A model generated the notes under the pieces. It did not search any database and had not been told where the DNA came from. It saw nothing but the letters and a program-made list of their open reading frames with translations. Below, in pieces: positions 1 through 12,000 of a DNA stretch of 64,000 bases (the first letter of the stretch is position 1; the number at the start of each line of letters is the position of its first letter). The stretch is from Eledone cirrhosa. Its lineage: Eukaryota. The stretch spans positions 7,812,001 through 7,876,000 of the forward strand of contig OZ024741.1 in the NCBI GenBank assembly GCA_964016885.1, written 5' to 3'. The translations under genes and the position numbers were made by a program.

Positions 1-3000
1 GACAGTGGTAAAGTTACAGTGTTACCGTAGACAGTTGTAAAGTTCCAGTGTTACCCTAGACAGTTGTAAAGTTCCAGTGTTACCCTAGACAGTTGTAAGG
101 CTTCAGTGTTACCATAGACAGTGGTAAAGTTCCAGTGTTACCCTAGACAGTGGTAAAGTTCCAGTGTTACCCTAGACAGTGGTAAAGTTCCAGTGTTACC
201 CTAGACAGTTGTAAGGTGCCAGTGTTACCCTAGACTGTGGTAAAGTTCCAGTGTTACCCAAGACAGTGGTAGAAGTTCCAGTGTTACCCTAGACAGTTGT
301 AAAGTTCCAGTGTTACCCTAGACAGTTCTAAAGTTCCAGTGTTACCCTAGACAGATATAAAGTTCCAGTGTTACCCTAGACAGTTGTAAAGTTCCAGTAT
401 TACAATAGACAGTGGAAAGTTCCAGTGTTAACCTAAATAGTTCTAAAGTTCCTGTGTTACCCTAGACAGTTGTAAAGTTCCAGTGTTACCCTAGACAGTT
501 GTAAAGTTCCAGTGTTGCCTTAGACAGTGGTAAAGTTCCAGTGTTACCCAACACTACACAGTTGTAAAGATCCAGTGTTACCCTAGACAGTGGTAAAGTT
601 ACAGTGTTACCCTAGACAGTTGTAAAGTTCCAGTGTTACCCTAGATAGATGTAAAGTTCCAGTGTTACCCTAGACAGTTGTAAAGTTCCAGTGTTATCCT
701 AGACTAGACAGTTGTAAAGCTCCAGTGTTACCCTAGACAGTGGTAAAGTTCCAGTGTTACCCTAGACAGTGGTAAAGTTCCAGTGTTACCCTAAATAGTT
801 CTAAAGTTCCAGTGTTACCCTAGACAGTGGTAAACTTCCAGTGTTACCCTAGACAGATGTAAAGTTCCAGTGTTACCATAGACAGTGGTAAAGTTCCAGT
901 GTTAAACTAGACAGTTGTAAAGTTCCAGTGTCACCCTAGACAGTGGTAAAGTTCCAGTGTTACCCTAGACTAGACAGTTGTAAAGCTCCAGTGTTACCCT
1001 AGACTAGACAGTTGTAAAGCTCCAGTGTTACCCTAGACAGTCGTAAAATTCCAGTGTTACCCTAGACAGTGGTAAAGTTCCAGTGTTACCCCAGACAGTT
1101 GTAAAGTTCCAGTGTTTCCCTAGACAGTGGTAAAGTTCCAGTGTTTCCTTAGACAGTGGTAAAGTTCCAGTGTTACCCTAGACAGTGGAAAAGTTCCAGT
1201 GTTTCCCTAGACAGTGGTAAATTTCCAGTGTTACACTAGATAGTTGTAAAGTTCCAGTGTTTCCCTAGACAGTGGTAAAGTACCAGTGTTTCCCTAGACA
1301 ATGGTAAAGTTCCAGTGTTTCCCTAGACAGTGGTTAAGTTCCAGTGGTACCCTAGACAGTGGTAAAGTTCCAGTGTTACCCTAGACAGTGGTAAAGTTCC
1401 AGTGTTTCCCTAGACAGTGGTAAAGTGCCAGTGTTACCCTAGACAGTTGTAAAGTTCCAGTGTTACCCTAGACAGTTGTAAAGTTCCAGTGTTACCCTAG
1501 ACAGTTGTAAGGCTCCAGTGTTACCCTAGACAGTGGTAAAGTTCCAGTGTTTCCCTAGACAGTGGTAAAGTTCCAGTGTTTCCCTAGACAGTGGTATAGT
1601 TCCAGTGTTTCCCTAGACAGTGGTAAAGTTCCAGTGTTACCCTAGACAGTTGTAAAGTTCCAGTGATACACTAGACAGTGGTAAAGTTCCAGTGTTTCCC
1701 TAGACAGTGGTAAAGTTCCAGTGTTTCCCTAGACAGTGGTAAATTTCCAGTGTTTCCCTAGACAGTGGTAAAGTTCCAGTGTTACCCTAGACAGTTGTAA
1801 AGTTCCAGTGTTAAACTAGACAGTGGTAAAGTTCCAGTGTTTCCCTAGACAGTTGTAAAGTTCCAGTGTTAAACTAGACAGTGGTAAAGTTCCAGTGTTT
1901 CCTTAGACAGTGGTAAAGTTCCAGTGTTAGCCTAGACAGTGGAAAAGTTCCAGTGTTTCCCTAGACAGTGGTAAATTTCCAGTGTTACACTAGATAGTTG
2001 TAAAGTTCCAGTGTTTCCCTAGACAGTCGTAAAGTTCCAGTGTTTCCCTAGACAGTGGTAAAGTTCCAGTGTTTCCCTAGACAGTGGTTAAGTTCCAGTG
2101 TTACCCTAGACAGTGGTAAAGTTCCAGTGTTACCCTAGACAGTGGTACAGTTCCAGTGTTTCCCTAGACAGTGGTAAAGTTCCAGTGTTACCCTAGACAG
2201 TTGTAAAGTTCCAGTGTTACCCTAGACAGTTGTAAAGTTCCAGTGTTACCCTAGACAGTTGTAAGGCTCCAGTGTTACCCTAGACAGTGGTAAAGTTCCA
2301 GTGTTACCCTAGACAGTGGTAAAGTTCCAGTGTTACCCTAGACAGTGGTAAAGTTCCAGTGTTACCCTAGACAGTGGTAAGGCTCCAGTGTTACCCTAGA
2401 CAGTGGTAAAGTTCCAGTGTTACCCAAGACAGTGGTAAAGTTCCAGTGTTTCCCTAGACAGTGGTAAAGTTCCAGTGTTTCCCTAGACAGTGGTAAAGTT
2501 CCAGTGTTTCCCTAGACAGTGGTAAAGTTCCAGTGTTACCCTAGACAGTTGTAAAGTTCCAGTGTTACACTAGACAGTGGTAAAGTTCCAGTGTTTCCCT
2601 AGACAGTGGTAAAGTTCCAGTGTTACCCTAGACAGTGGTAAAGTTCCTGTGTTTCCCTAGTCAGAGGTAAAGTTCCAGTGTTTCCCTAGACAGTGGTAAA
2701 GTTCCAGTGTTACCCTAGACAGTTGTAAAGTTCCAGTGTTACACTAGACAGTGGTAAAGTTCCAGTGTTTCCCTAGACAGTGGTAAAGTTCCAGTGTTAC
2801 CCTAGACAGTGGTAAAGTTCCAGTGTTTCCCTAGTCAGTGGTAAAGTTCCAGTGTTTCCCTAGACAGTGGTAAAGTTCCAGTGTTACCCTAGACAGTTGT
2901 AAAGTTCCAGTGTTACCCTAGACAGTGGTAAAGTTCCAGTGTTACCCTAGACAGTGATAAAGTTCCAGTGTTTCCCTAGACAGTGGTAAAGTTACAGTGT

Positions 3001-6000
3001 TACCGTAGACAGTTGTAAAGTTCCAGTGTTACCCTAGACAGTTGTAAAGTTCCAGTGTTACCCTAGACAGTTGTAAGGCTTCAGTGTTACCATAGACAGT
3101 GGTAAAGTTCCAGTGTTACCCTAGACAGTGGTAAAGTTCCAGTGTTACCCTAGACAGTGGTAAAGTTCCAGTGTTACCCTAGACAGTTGTAAGGCGCCAG
3201 TGTTACCCTAGACAGTGGTTAAGTTCCAGTGTTACCCAAGACAGTGGTAGAAGTTCCAGTGTTACCCTAGACAGTTGTAAAGTTCCAGTGTTACCCTAGA
3301 CAGTTCTAAAGTTCCAGTGTTACCCTAGACAGTTATAAAGTTCCAGTGTTACCCTAGACAGTTGTAAAGTTCCAGTATTACAATAGACAGTGGAAAGTTC
3401 CAGTGTTAACCTAAATAGTTCTAAAGTTCCGGTGTTACCCTAGATAGTTGTAAAGTGCCAGTGTTACCCTAGACAGCGGTAAAGTTCCAGTGTTACCCTA
3501 GATAGTTCTAAAGTTCCAGTGTTACCCTAGACAATGGTAAAGTTCCAGTGTTACCCTAGACAGTTGTAAAGTTCCAGTGTTACCCTAAATAGTTCTAAAG
3601 TTCCAGTGTTACCTTAGACAGTGGTAAAGTTCCTCTGTTACCCTAGCCAGTGGTAAAGTTCCAGTGTTAACTTAGACAGTTGTAAAGTTCCAGTGTTGCC
3701 TTAGACAGTGGTAAAGTTCCAGTGTTACCCTACACTACACAGTTGTAAAGATCCAGTGTTACCCTAGACAGTGGTAAAGTTCCAGTGTTACCCTAGACAG
3801 TGGTAAAGTTCCAGCGTTACCCTAGATAGTTGTAAAGTTCCAGTGTTACCCTAGACAGTTGTAAAGTTCCAGTGTTATCCTAGACTAGACAGTTGTAAAG
3901 CTCCAGTGTTACCCTAGACAGTGGTAAAATTCCAGTGTTACCCTAAACAGTGGTAAAGTTCCAGTGTTACCCTAAATAGTTCTAAAGTTCCAGTGTTACC
4001 CTAGACAGTGGTAAACTTAGAGTGTTACCCTAGACAGATGTAAAGTTCCAGTGTTACCATAGACAGTGGTAAAGTTCCAGTGTTAAACTAGACAGTTGTA
4101 AAGTTCCAGTGTTACCCTAGACAGTGGTAAAGTTCCAGTGTTACCCTAGACTAGACAGTTGTAAAGCTCCAGTGTTACCCTAGACATCGTAAAGTTCCAG
4201 TGTTTCCCTAGACAGTGGGAAATTTCCAGTGTTACACTAGATAGTTGTAAAGTTCCAGTGTTTCCCTAGACAGTGGTAAAGTTCCAGTGTTACCCTAGAC
4301 ATTGGTAAATTTCCAGTGTTACTCTAGACAGTGGTAAAGTTCCAGTGTTACACTAGACAGTGGTAAAGTTCCAGTGTTTCCCTAGACAGTGGTAAAGTTC
4401 CAGTGTTTCCCTAGACAGTGGTATAGTTCCAGTGTTTCCCTAGACAGTGGTAAAGTTCCAGTGTTACCCTAGACAGTTGTAAAGTTCCAGTGTTACACTA
4501 GACAGTGGTAAAGTTCCAGTGTTTCCCTAGACAGTGGTAAAGTTCCAGTGTTACCCTAGACTGTGGTAAAGTTCCAGTGTTTCCCTAGACAGTGGAAAAG
4601 TTCCAGTGTTTCCCTAGACAGTGGTAAATTTCCAGTGTTACACTAGATAGTTGTAAAGTTCCAGTGTTTCCCTAGACAGTGGTAAAGTTCCAGTGTTTCC
4701 CTAGAGAGTGGTTAAGTTCCAGTGTTTCCCTAGACAGTGGTAAAGTTCCAGTGTTTCCCTAGACAGTGGTAAAGTACCAGTGTTACCCTAGACAGTGGTA
4801 AAGTTCCAGTGTTTCCCTAGACAGTGGTAAAGTTTCAGTGTTTCCCTAGACAGTGGTAAAGTTCCAGTGTTACCCTAGACAGTTGTAAAGTTCTAGTGTT
4901 ACCCTAGACAGTGGTAAAGTTCCAGTGTTACCCTAGACAGTGGTAAAGTTCCAGTGTTTCCCTAGACAGTGGTAAAGTTCCAGTGTTACCCTAGACAGTT
5001 GTAAAGTTCCAGTGTTTCACTAGACAGTTGTAAAGTTCCAGTGTTACCCTAGACAGTTGTAAGGCTCCAGTGTTACCCTAGACAGTGGTGAAGTTCCAGT
5101 GTTACGCTAGACAGTGGTAAAGTTCCAATGTTACCCTAGACAGTGGTAAAGTTCCAATGTTACCCTTGACAGTGGTAAAGTTCCAGTGTTACCCTAGACA
5201 GATGTAAAGTTCCAGTGTTACCCTAGACAGTTGTAAAGTTCCAGTGTTATCCTAGACTAGACATTTGTAAAGCTCCAGTGTTACTCTAAACAGTGGTAAA
5301 GTTCCAGTGTTACCCTAAATAGTTCTAAAGTTCCAGTGTTACCCTAGACAATGTTAAAGTTCCAGTGTTACCCTAGACAGTGGTAAAGTTCCAGTGTTAC
5401 CCTAAATAGTTCTAAAGTTCCAGTGTTACATTAGACAGTGGTAAAGTTCCTGTCTTACCCTAGACAGTGGTAAAGTTCCAGTGATAACCTAGACAGTTGT
5501 AAAGTTCCAGTGTTGCCTTAGACAGTGGTAAAGTTCCAGTGTTACCCTACACTACACAGTTGTAAAGCTCCAGTGTTACCCTAGACAGTGGTAAAGTTCC
5601 AGTGTTACCCTAGACAGTGGTAGGGTTACAGTGTTACACTAGATAGTTGTAAAGTTCCAGTGTTACACTAGACAGTTGTAAAGTTCCAGTGTTATCCTAG
5701 ACTAGACAGTTGTAAAGCTCCAGTGTTACCCTAGACAGTGTTAAGTTCCAGTGTTACCCTAAATAGTTGTAAAGTTCCAGTGTTACACTACACAGTGGTA
5801 AAGTTCCAGTGTTACCCTAGACAATGGTAAAGTTCCAGTGTTACCCTAGACAGTGGTAAAGTTCCAGTGTTACCCTAAATAGTTCTAAAGTTCCAGTGTT
5901 ACCTTAGACAGTGGTAAAGTTTCTGTCTTACCCTAGACAGTGGTAAAGTTCCAGTGATAACCTAGACAGTTGTAAAGTTCCAGTGTTGCCTTAGACAGTG

Positions 6001-9000
6001 GTAAAGTTCCAGTGTTACCCTACACTACACAGTTGTAAAGCTCCAGTGTTACCCTAGACAGTGGTAAAGTTCCAGTGTTACCCTAGACAGTGGTAAAGTT
6101 CCAGTGTTACACTAGATAGTTGTAAAGTTCCAGTGTTACACTAGACAGTTGTAAAGTTCCAGTGTTATCCTAGACTAGACAGTTGTAAAGCTCCAGTGTT
6201 ACCCTAGACAGTGTTAAGTTCCAGTGTTTCCCTAAATAGTTCTAAAGTTCTAGTGTTACACTACACAGTGGTAAAGTTCCAGTGTTACCCTAGACAGTGG
6301 TAAAGTTCCAGTGTTACCCTAGATAGTTCTAAAGTTCCAGTGTTACCCTAGACAATGGTAAAGTTCCAGTGTTACCCTAGACTACACAGTTGTAAAGATC
6401 CAGTGTTACCCTAGACAGTGGTAAAGTTCCAGTGTTACACTAGACAGTGGTAAAGTTCCAGTGTTACCCTAGATAGTTGTAAAGTTCCAGTGTTTCAGCC
6501 TAGACAGTTGTAAAGTTCCAGTGTTATCCTAGACTAGACAGTTGTAAAGCTCCAGTGTTACCCTAGACAGTTGTAAAGTTCCAGTGTTAACCTAAATAGT
6601 TCTAAAGTACCAGTGTTACCTTAGACAGTGGTAAAGTTCCTGTCTTACCCAAGACAGTGGTAAAGTTCCAGTGTTAACCTAGACAGTGGTAAAGTTCCAG
6701 TGTTGCCTTAGACAGTGGTAAGTTCCAGTGTTACCCTAGAGAGTGGAAAAGTTCCAGTGTTTCCCTAGACTAGACAGTTGTAAAGCTCCAGTGTTACCCT
6801 AGACATCGTAAAATTCCAGTGTTACCCTAGACAGTGGTAAAGTTCCAGTGTTACCCTAGACAGTTGTAAAGTTCCAGTGTTACCCTAGACAGTGGTAAAG
6901 TTCCAGTGTTTCCCTAGACAGTGGTAAATTTCCAGTGTTACACTAGATAGTTGTAAAGTTCCAGTGTTTCCCTAGACAGTGGTAAAGTTCCAGTGTTACC
7001 CTAGACATTGGTAAATTTCCAGTGTTACTCTAGACAGTGGTAAAGTTCCAGTGTTACACTAGACAGTGGTAAAGTTCCAGTGTTTCCCTAGACAGTGGTA
7101 AAGTTCCAGTGTTTCCCTAGACAGTGGTATAGTTCCAGTGTTTCCCTAGACAGTGGTAAAGTTCCAGTGTTACCCTAGACAGTTGTAAAGTTCCAGTGTT
7201 ACTCTAGACAGTGGTAAAGTTCCAGTGTTTCCCTAGACAGTGGTAAAGTTCCAGTGTTACCCTAGACTGTGGTAAAGTTCCAGTGTTTCCCTAGACAGTG
7301 GAAATGTTCCAGTGTTTCCCTAGACAGTGGTAAATTTCCAGTGTTACACTAGATATTTATAAAGTTCCAGTGTTTCCCTAGACAGTGGTAAAGTTCCAGT
7401 GTTTCCCTAGAGAGTGGTTAAGTTCCAGTGTTTCCCTAGACAGTGGTAAAGTTCCAGTGTTTCCCTAGACAGTGGTAAAGTACCAGTGTTACCCTAGACA
7501 GTGGTAAAGTTCCAGTGTTTCCCTAGACAGTGATAAAGTTTCAGTGTTTCCCTAGACAGTGGTAAAGTTCCAGTGTTACCCTAGACAGTTGTAAAGTTCC
7601 AGTCTTACCCTAGACAGTGGTAAAGTTCCAGTGTTACCCTAGACAGTGGTAAAGTTCCAGTGTTACCCTAGACAGTGGTAAAGTTCCAGTGTTACCATAG
7701 ATAGTTGTAAAGTTCCAGTGTTACCCTAGACATTTGTAAAGTTCCAGTGTTATCCTAGACTAGACAGTTGTAAAGCTCCAGTGTTACCCTAGACAGTGGT
7801 AAAGTTCCAGTGTTACCCTAGACAGTGGTAAAGTTCCAGTGTTACCCTAAATAGTTCTAAAGTTCCAGTGTTACCCTAGACAGTGGTAAACTTCCAGTGT
7901 TACCCTAGACAGATGTAAAGTTCCAGTGTTACCATAGACAGTGGTAAAGTTCCAGTGTTAAACTAGACAGTTATAAAGTTCCAGTGTCACCCTAGACAGT
8001 GGTAAAGTTCCAGTGTTACCCTAGACTAGACAGTTGTAAAGCTCCAGTGTTACCCTAGACTAGACAGTTGTAAAGCTCCAGTGTTACCCTAGACAGTCGT
8101 AAAATTCCAGTGTTACCCTAGACAGTGGTAAAGTTCCAGTGTTACCCTAGACAGTTGTAAAGTTCCAGTGTTACCCTAGACAGTGGTAAAGTTCCAGTGT
8201 TTCCCTAGACAGTGGTAAATTTCCAGTGTTACACTAGATAGTTGTAAAGTTCCAGTGTTTCCCTAGACAGTGGTAAAGTTCCAGTGTTACACTAGACAGT
8301 GGTAAAGTTCCAGTGTTTCCTTAGACAGTGGTAAAGTTCCAGTGTTACCCTAGACAGTGGAAAAGTTCCAGTGTTTGCCTAGACAGTGGTAAATTTCCAG
8401 TGTTACACTAGATAGTTGTAAAGTTCCAGTGTTTCCCTAGACAGTGGTAAAGTTCCAGTGTTTCCCTAGACAGTGGTAAAGTTCCAGTGTTTCCCTAGAC
8501 AGTGGTTAAGTTCCAGTGTTACCCTAGACAGTGGTAAAGTTCCAGTGTTACCCTAGACAGTGGTAAAGTTCCAGTGTTTCCCTAGACAGTGGTAAAGTTC
8601 CAGTGTTACCCTAGACAGTTGTAAAGTTCCAGTGTTACCCTAGACAGTTGTAAAGTTCCAGTGTTACCCTAGACAGTTGTAAGGCTCCAGTGTTACCCTA
8701 GACAGTGGTAAAGTTCCAGTGTTTCCCTAGACAGTGGTAAAGTTCCAGTGTTTCCCTAGATAGTGGTATAGTTCCAGTGTTTCCCTAGACAGTGGTAAAG
8801 TTCCAGTGTTACCCTAGACAGTTGTAAAGTTCCAGTGTTACACTAGACAGTGGTAAAGTTCCAGTGTTTCCCTAGACAGTGGTAAAGTTCCAGTGTTTCC
8901 CTAGACAGTGGTAAAGTTCCAGTGTTTCCCTAGACAGTGGTAAAGTTCCAGTGTTACCCTAGACAGTTGTAAAGTTCCAGTGTTACACTAGACAGTGGTA

Positions 9001-12000
9001 AAGTTCCAGTGTTTCCTTAGACAGTGGTAAAGTTCCAGTGTTACCCTAGACAGTGGAAAAGTTCCAGTGTTTCCCTAGACAGTGGTAAATTTCCAGTGTT
9101 ACACTAGATAGTTGTAAAGTTCCAGTGTTTCCCTAGACAGTGGTAAAGTTCCAGTGTTACCCTAGATAGTGGTAAGGCTCCAGTGTTACCCTAGACAGTG
9201 GTAAAGTTCCAGTGTTACCCTAGACAGTGGTAAAGTTCCAGTGTTACCCTAGATAATGGTAAGGCTCCAGTGTTACCCTAGACAGTGGTAAAGTTCCAGT
9301 GTTACCCAAGACAGTGGTAAAGTTCCAGTGTTTCCCTAGACAGTGGTAAAGTTCCAGTGTTTCCCTAGACAGTGGTAAAGTTCCAGTGTTTCCCTAGACA
9401 GTGGTAAAGTTCCAGTGTTACCCTAGACAGTTGTAAAGTTCCAGTGTTACACTAGACAGTGGTAAAGTTCCAGTGTTTCCCTAGACAGTGGTAAAGTTCC
9501 AGTGTTACCCTAGACAGTGGTAAAGTTCCAGTGTTTCCCTAGTCAGAGGTAAAGTTCCAGTGTTTCCCTAGACAGTGGTAAAGTTCCAGTGTTACCCTAG
9601 ACAGTTGTAAAGTTCCAGTGTTACACTAGACAGTGGTAAAGTTCCAGTGTTTCCCTAGACAGTGGTAAAGTTCCAGTGTTACCCTAGACAGTGGTAAAGT
9701 TCCAGTGTTTCCCTAGTCAGTAGTAAAGTTCCAGTGTTTCCCTAGACAGTGGTAAAGTTCCAGTGTTACCCTAGACAGTTGTAAAGTTCCAGTGTTACCC
9801 TAGACAGTGGTAAAGTTCCAGTGTTACCCTAAACAGTGGTAAAGTTCCAGTGTTTCCCTAGACAGTGGTAAAGTTACAGTGTTACCGTAGACAGTTGTAA
9901 AGTTCCAGTGTTACCCTAGACAGTTGTAAAGTTCCAGTGTTACCCTAGACAGTTGTAAGGCTTCAGTGTGACCATAGACAGTGGTAAAGTTCCAGTGTTA
10001 CCCTAGATAGTGGTAAAGTTCCAGTTTTACCCTAGACAGTGGTAAAGTTCCAGTGTTACCCTAGACAGTTGTAAGGCGCCAGTGTTACCCTAGACAGTGG
10101 TTAAGTTCCAGTGTTACCCAAGACAGTGGTAGAAGTTCCAGTGTTACCCTAGACAGTTGTAAAGTTCCAGTGTTACCCTAGACAGTTCTAAAGTTCCAGT
10201 GTTACCCTAGACAGTTATAAAGTTCCAGTGTTACCCTAGACAGTTGTAAAGTTCCAGTATTACAATAGACAGTGGAAAGTTCCAGTGTTAACCTAAATAG
10301 TTCTAAACTTCCGGTGTTACCCTAGACAGTTGTAAAGTGCCAGTGTTACCCTAGACAGCGGTAAAGTTCCAGTGTTACCCTAGATAGTTCTAAAGTTCCA
10401 GTGTTACCCTAGACAATGGTAAAGTTCCAGTGTTACCCTAGACAGTTGTAAAGTTCCAGTGTTACCCTAAATAGTTCTAAAGTTCCAGTGTTACCTTAGA
10501 CAGTGGTAAAGTTCCTCTGTTACCCTAGCCAGTGGTAAAGTTCCAGTGTTAACTTAGACAGTTGTAAAGTTCCAGTGTTGCCTTAGACAGTGGTAAAGTT
10601 CCAGTGTTACCCTACACTACACAGTTGTAAAGATCCAGTGTTACCCTAGACAGTGGTAAAGTTCCAGTGTTACCCTAGACAGTGGTAAAGTTCCAGTGTT
10701 ACCCTAGATAGTTGTAAAGTTCCAGTGTTACCCTAGACAGTTGTAAAGTTCCAGTGTTATCCTAGACTAGACAGTTGTAAAGCTCCAGTGTTACCCTAGA
10801 CAGTGGTAAAGTTCCAGTGTTACCCTAAATAGTTCTAAAGTTCCAGTGTTACCCTAGACAGTGGTAAACTTAGAGTGTTACCCTAGACAGATGTAAAGTT
10901 CCAGTGTTACCATAGACAGTGGTAAAGTTCCAGTGTTAAACTAGACAGTTGTAAAGTTCCAGTGTTACCCTAGACAGTGGTAAAGTTCCAGTGTTACCCT
11001 AGACTAGACAGTTGTAAAGCTCCAGTGTTACCCTAGACTAGACAGTTGTAAAGCTCCAGTGTTACCCTAGACAGTCGTAAAATTCCAGTGTTACCCTAGA
11101 CAGTGGTAAAGTTCCAGTGTTACCCTAGACAGTTGTAAAGTTCCAGTGTTACCCTAGACAGTGGTAAAGTTCCAGTGTTTCCCCAGACAGTGGTAAATTT
11201 CCAGTGTTACACTAGATAGTTGTAAAGTTCCAGTGTTTCCCTAGACAGAGGTAAAGTTCCAGTGTTACCCTAGACAGTGGTAAATTTCCAGTGTTACTCT
11301 AGACAGTGGTAAAGTTCCAGTGTTACCCTAGACAGTGGTAAAGTTCCAGTGATTCCCTAGACAGTGGTAAAGTTCCAGTGTTTCCTTAGACAGTGGTATA
11401 GTTCCAGTGTTTCCCTAGACAGTGGTAAAGTTCCAGTGTTACCCTAGACAGTTGTAAAGTTCCAGTGTTACACTAGACAGTGGTAAAGTTCCAGTGTTTC
11501 CCTAGACAGTGGTAAAGTTCCAGTGTTACCCTTGACTGTGGTAAAGTTCCAGTGTTTCCCTAGACAGTGGAAAAGTTCCAGTGTTTCCCTAGACAGTGGT
11601 AAATTTCCAGTGTTACACTAGATAGTTGTAAAGTTCCAGTGTTTCCCTAGACAGTGGTAAAGTTCCAGTGTTTCCCTAGAGAGTGGTAAAGTTCCAGTGT
11701 TTCCCTAGACAGTGGTAAAGTTCCAGTGTTTCCCTAGACAGTTGTAAAGTTCCAGTCTTAACCTAGACAGTGGTAAAGTTCCAGTGTTACCCTAGACAGT
11801 GGTAAAGTTCCAGTGTTTCCCTAGACAGTGGTAAAGTTCCAGTGTTACCCTAGACAGTTGTAAAGTTCCAGTGTTAACCTAGACAGTGGTAAAGTTCCAG
11901 TGTTACCCTAGACAGTGGTAAAGTTCCAGTGTTTCCCTAGACAGTGGTAAAGTTCCAATGTTACCCTTGACAGTGGTAAAGTTCCAGTGTTACCCTAGAC

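Noticed and set aside
260-420. +1 (GGTAGAAG) and -1 (GTGGAAAG) indels about five monomers apart that restore 29-bp phase
   Set aside because: They co-occur because the whole cassette was copied as a block. Many uncompensated +5 and -1 indels exist, so there is no evidence of selection on phase.
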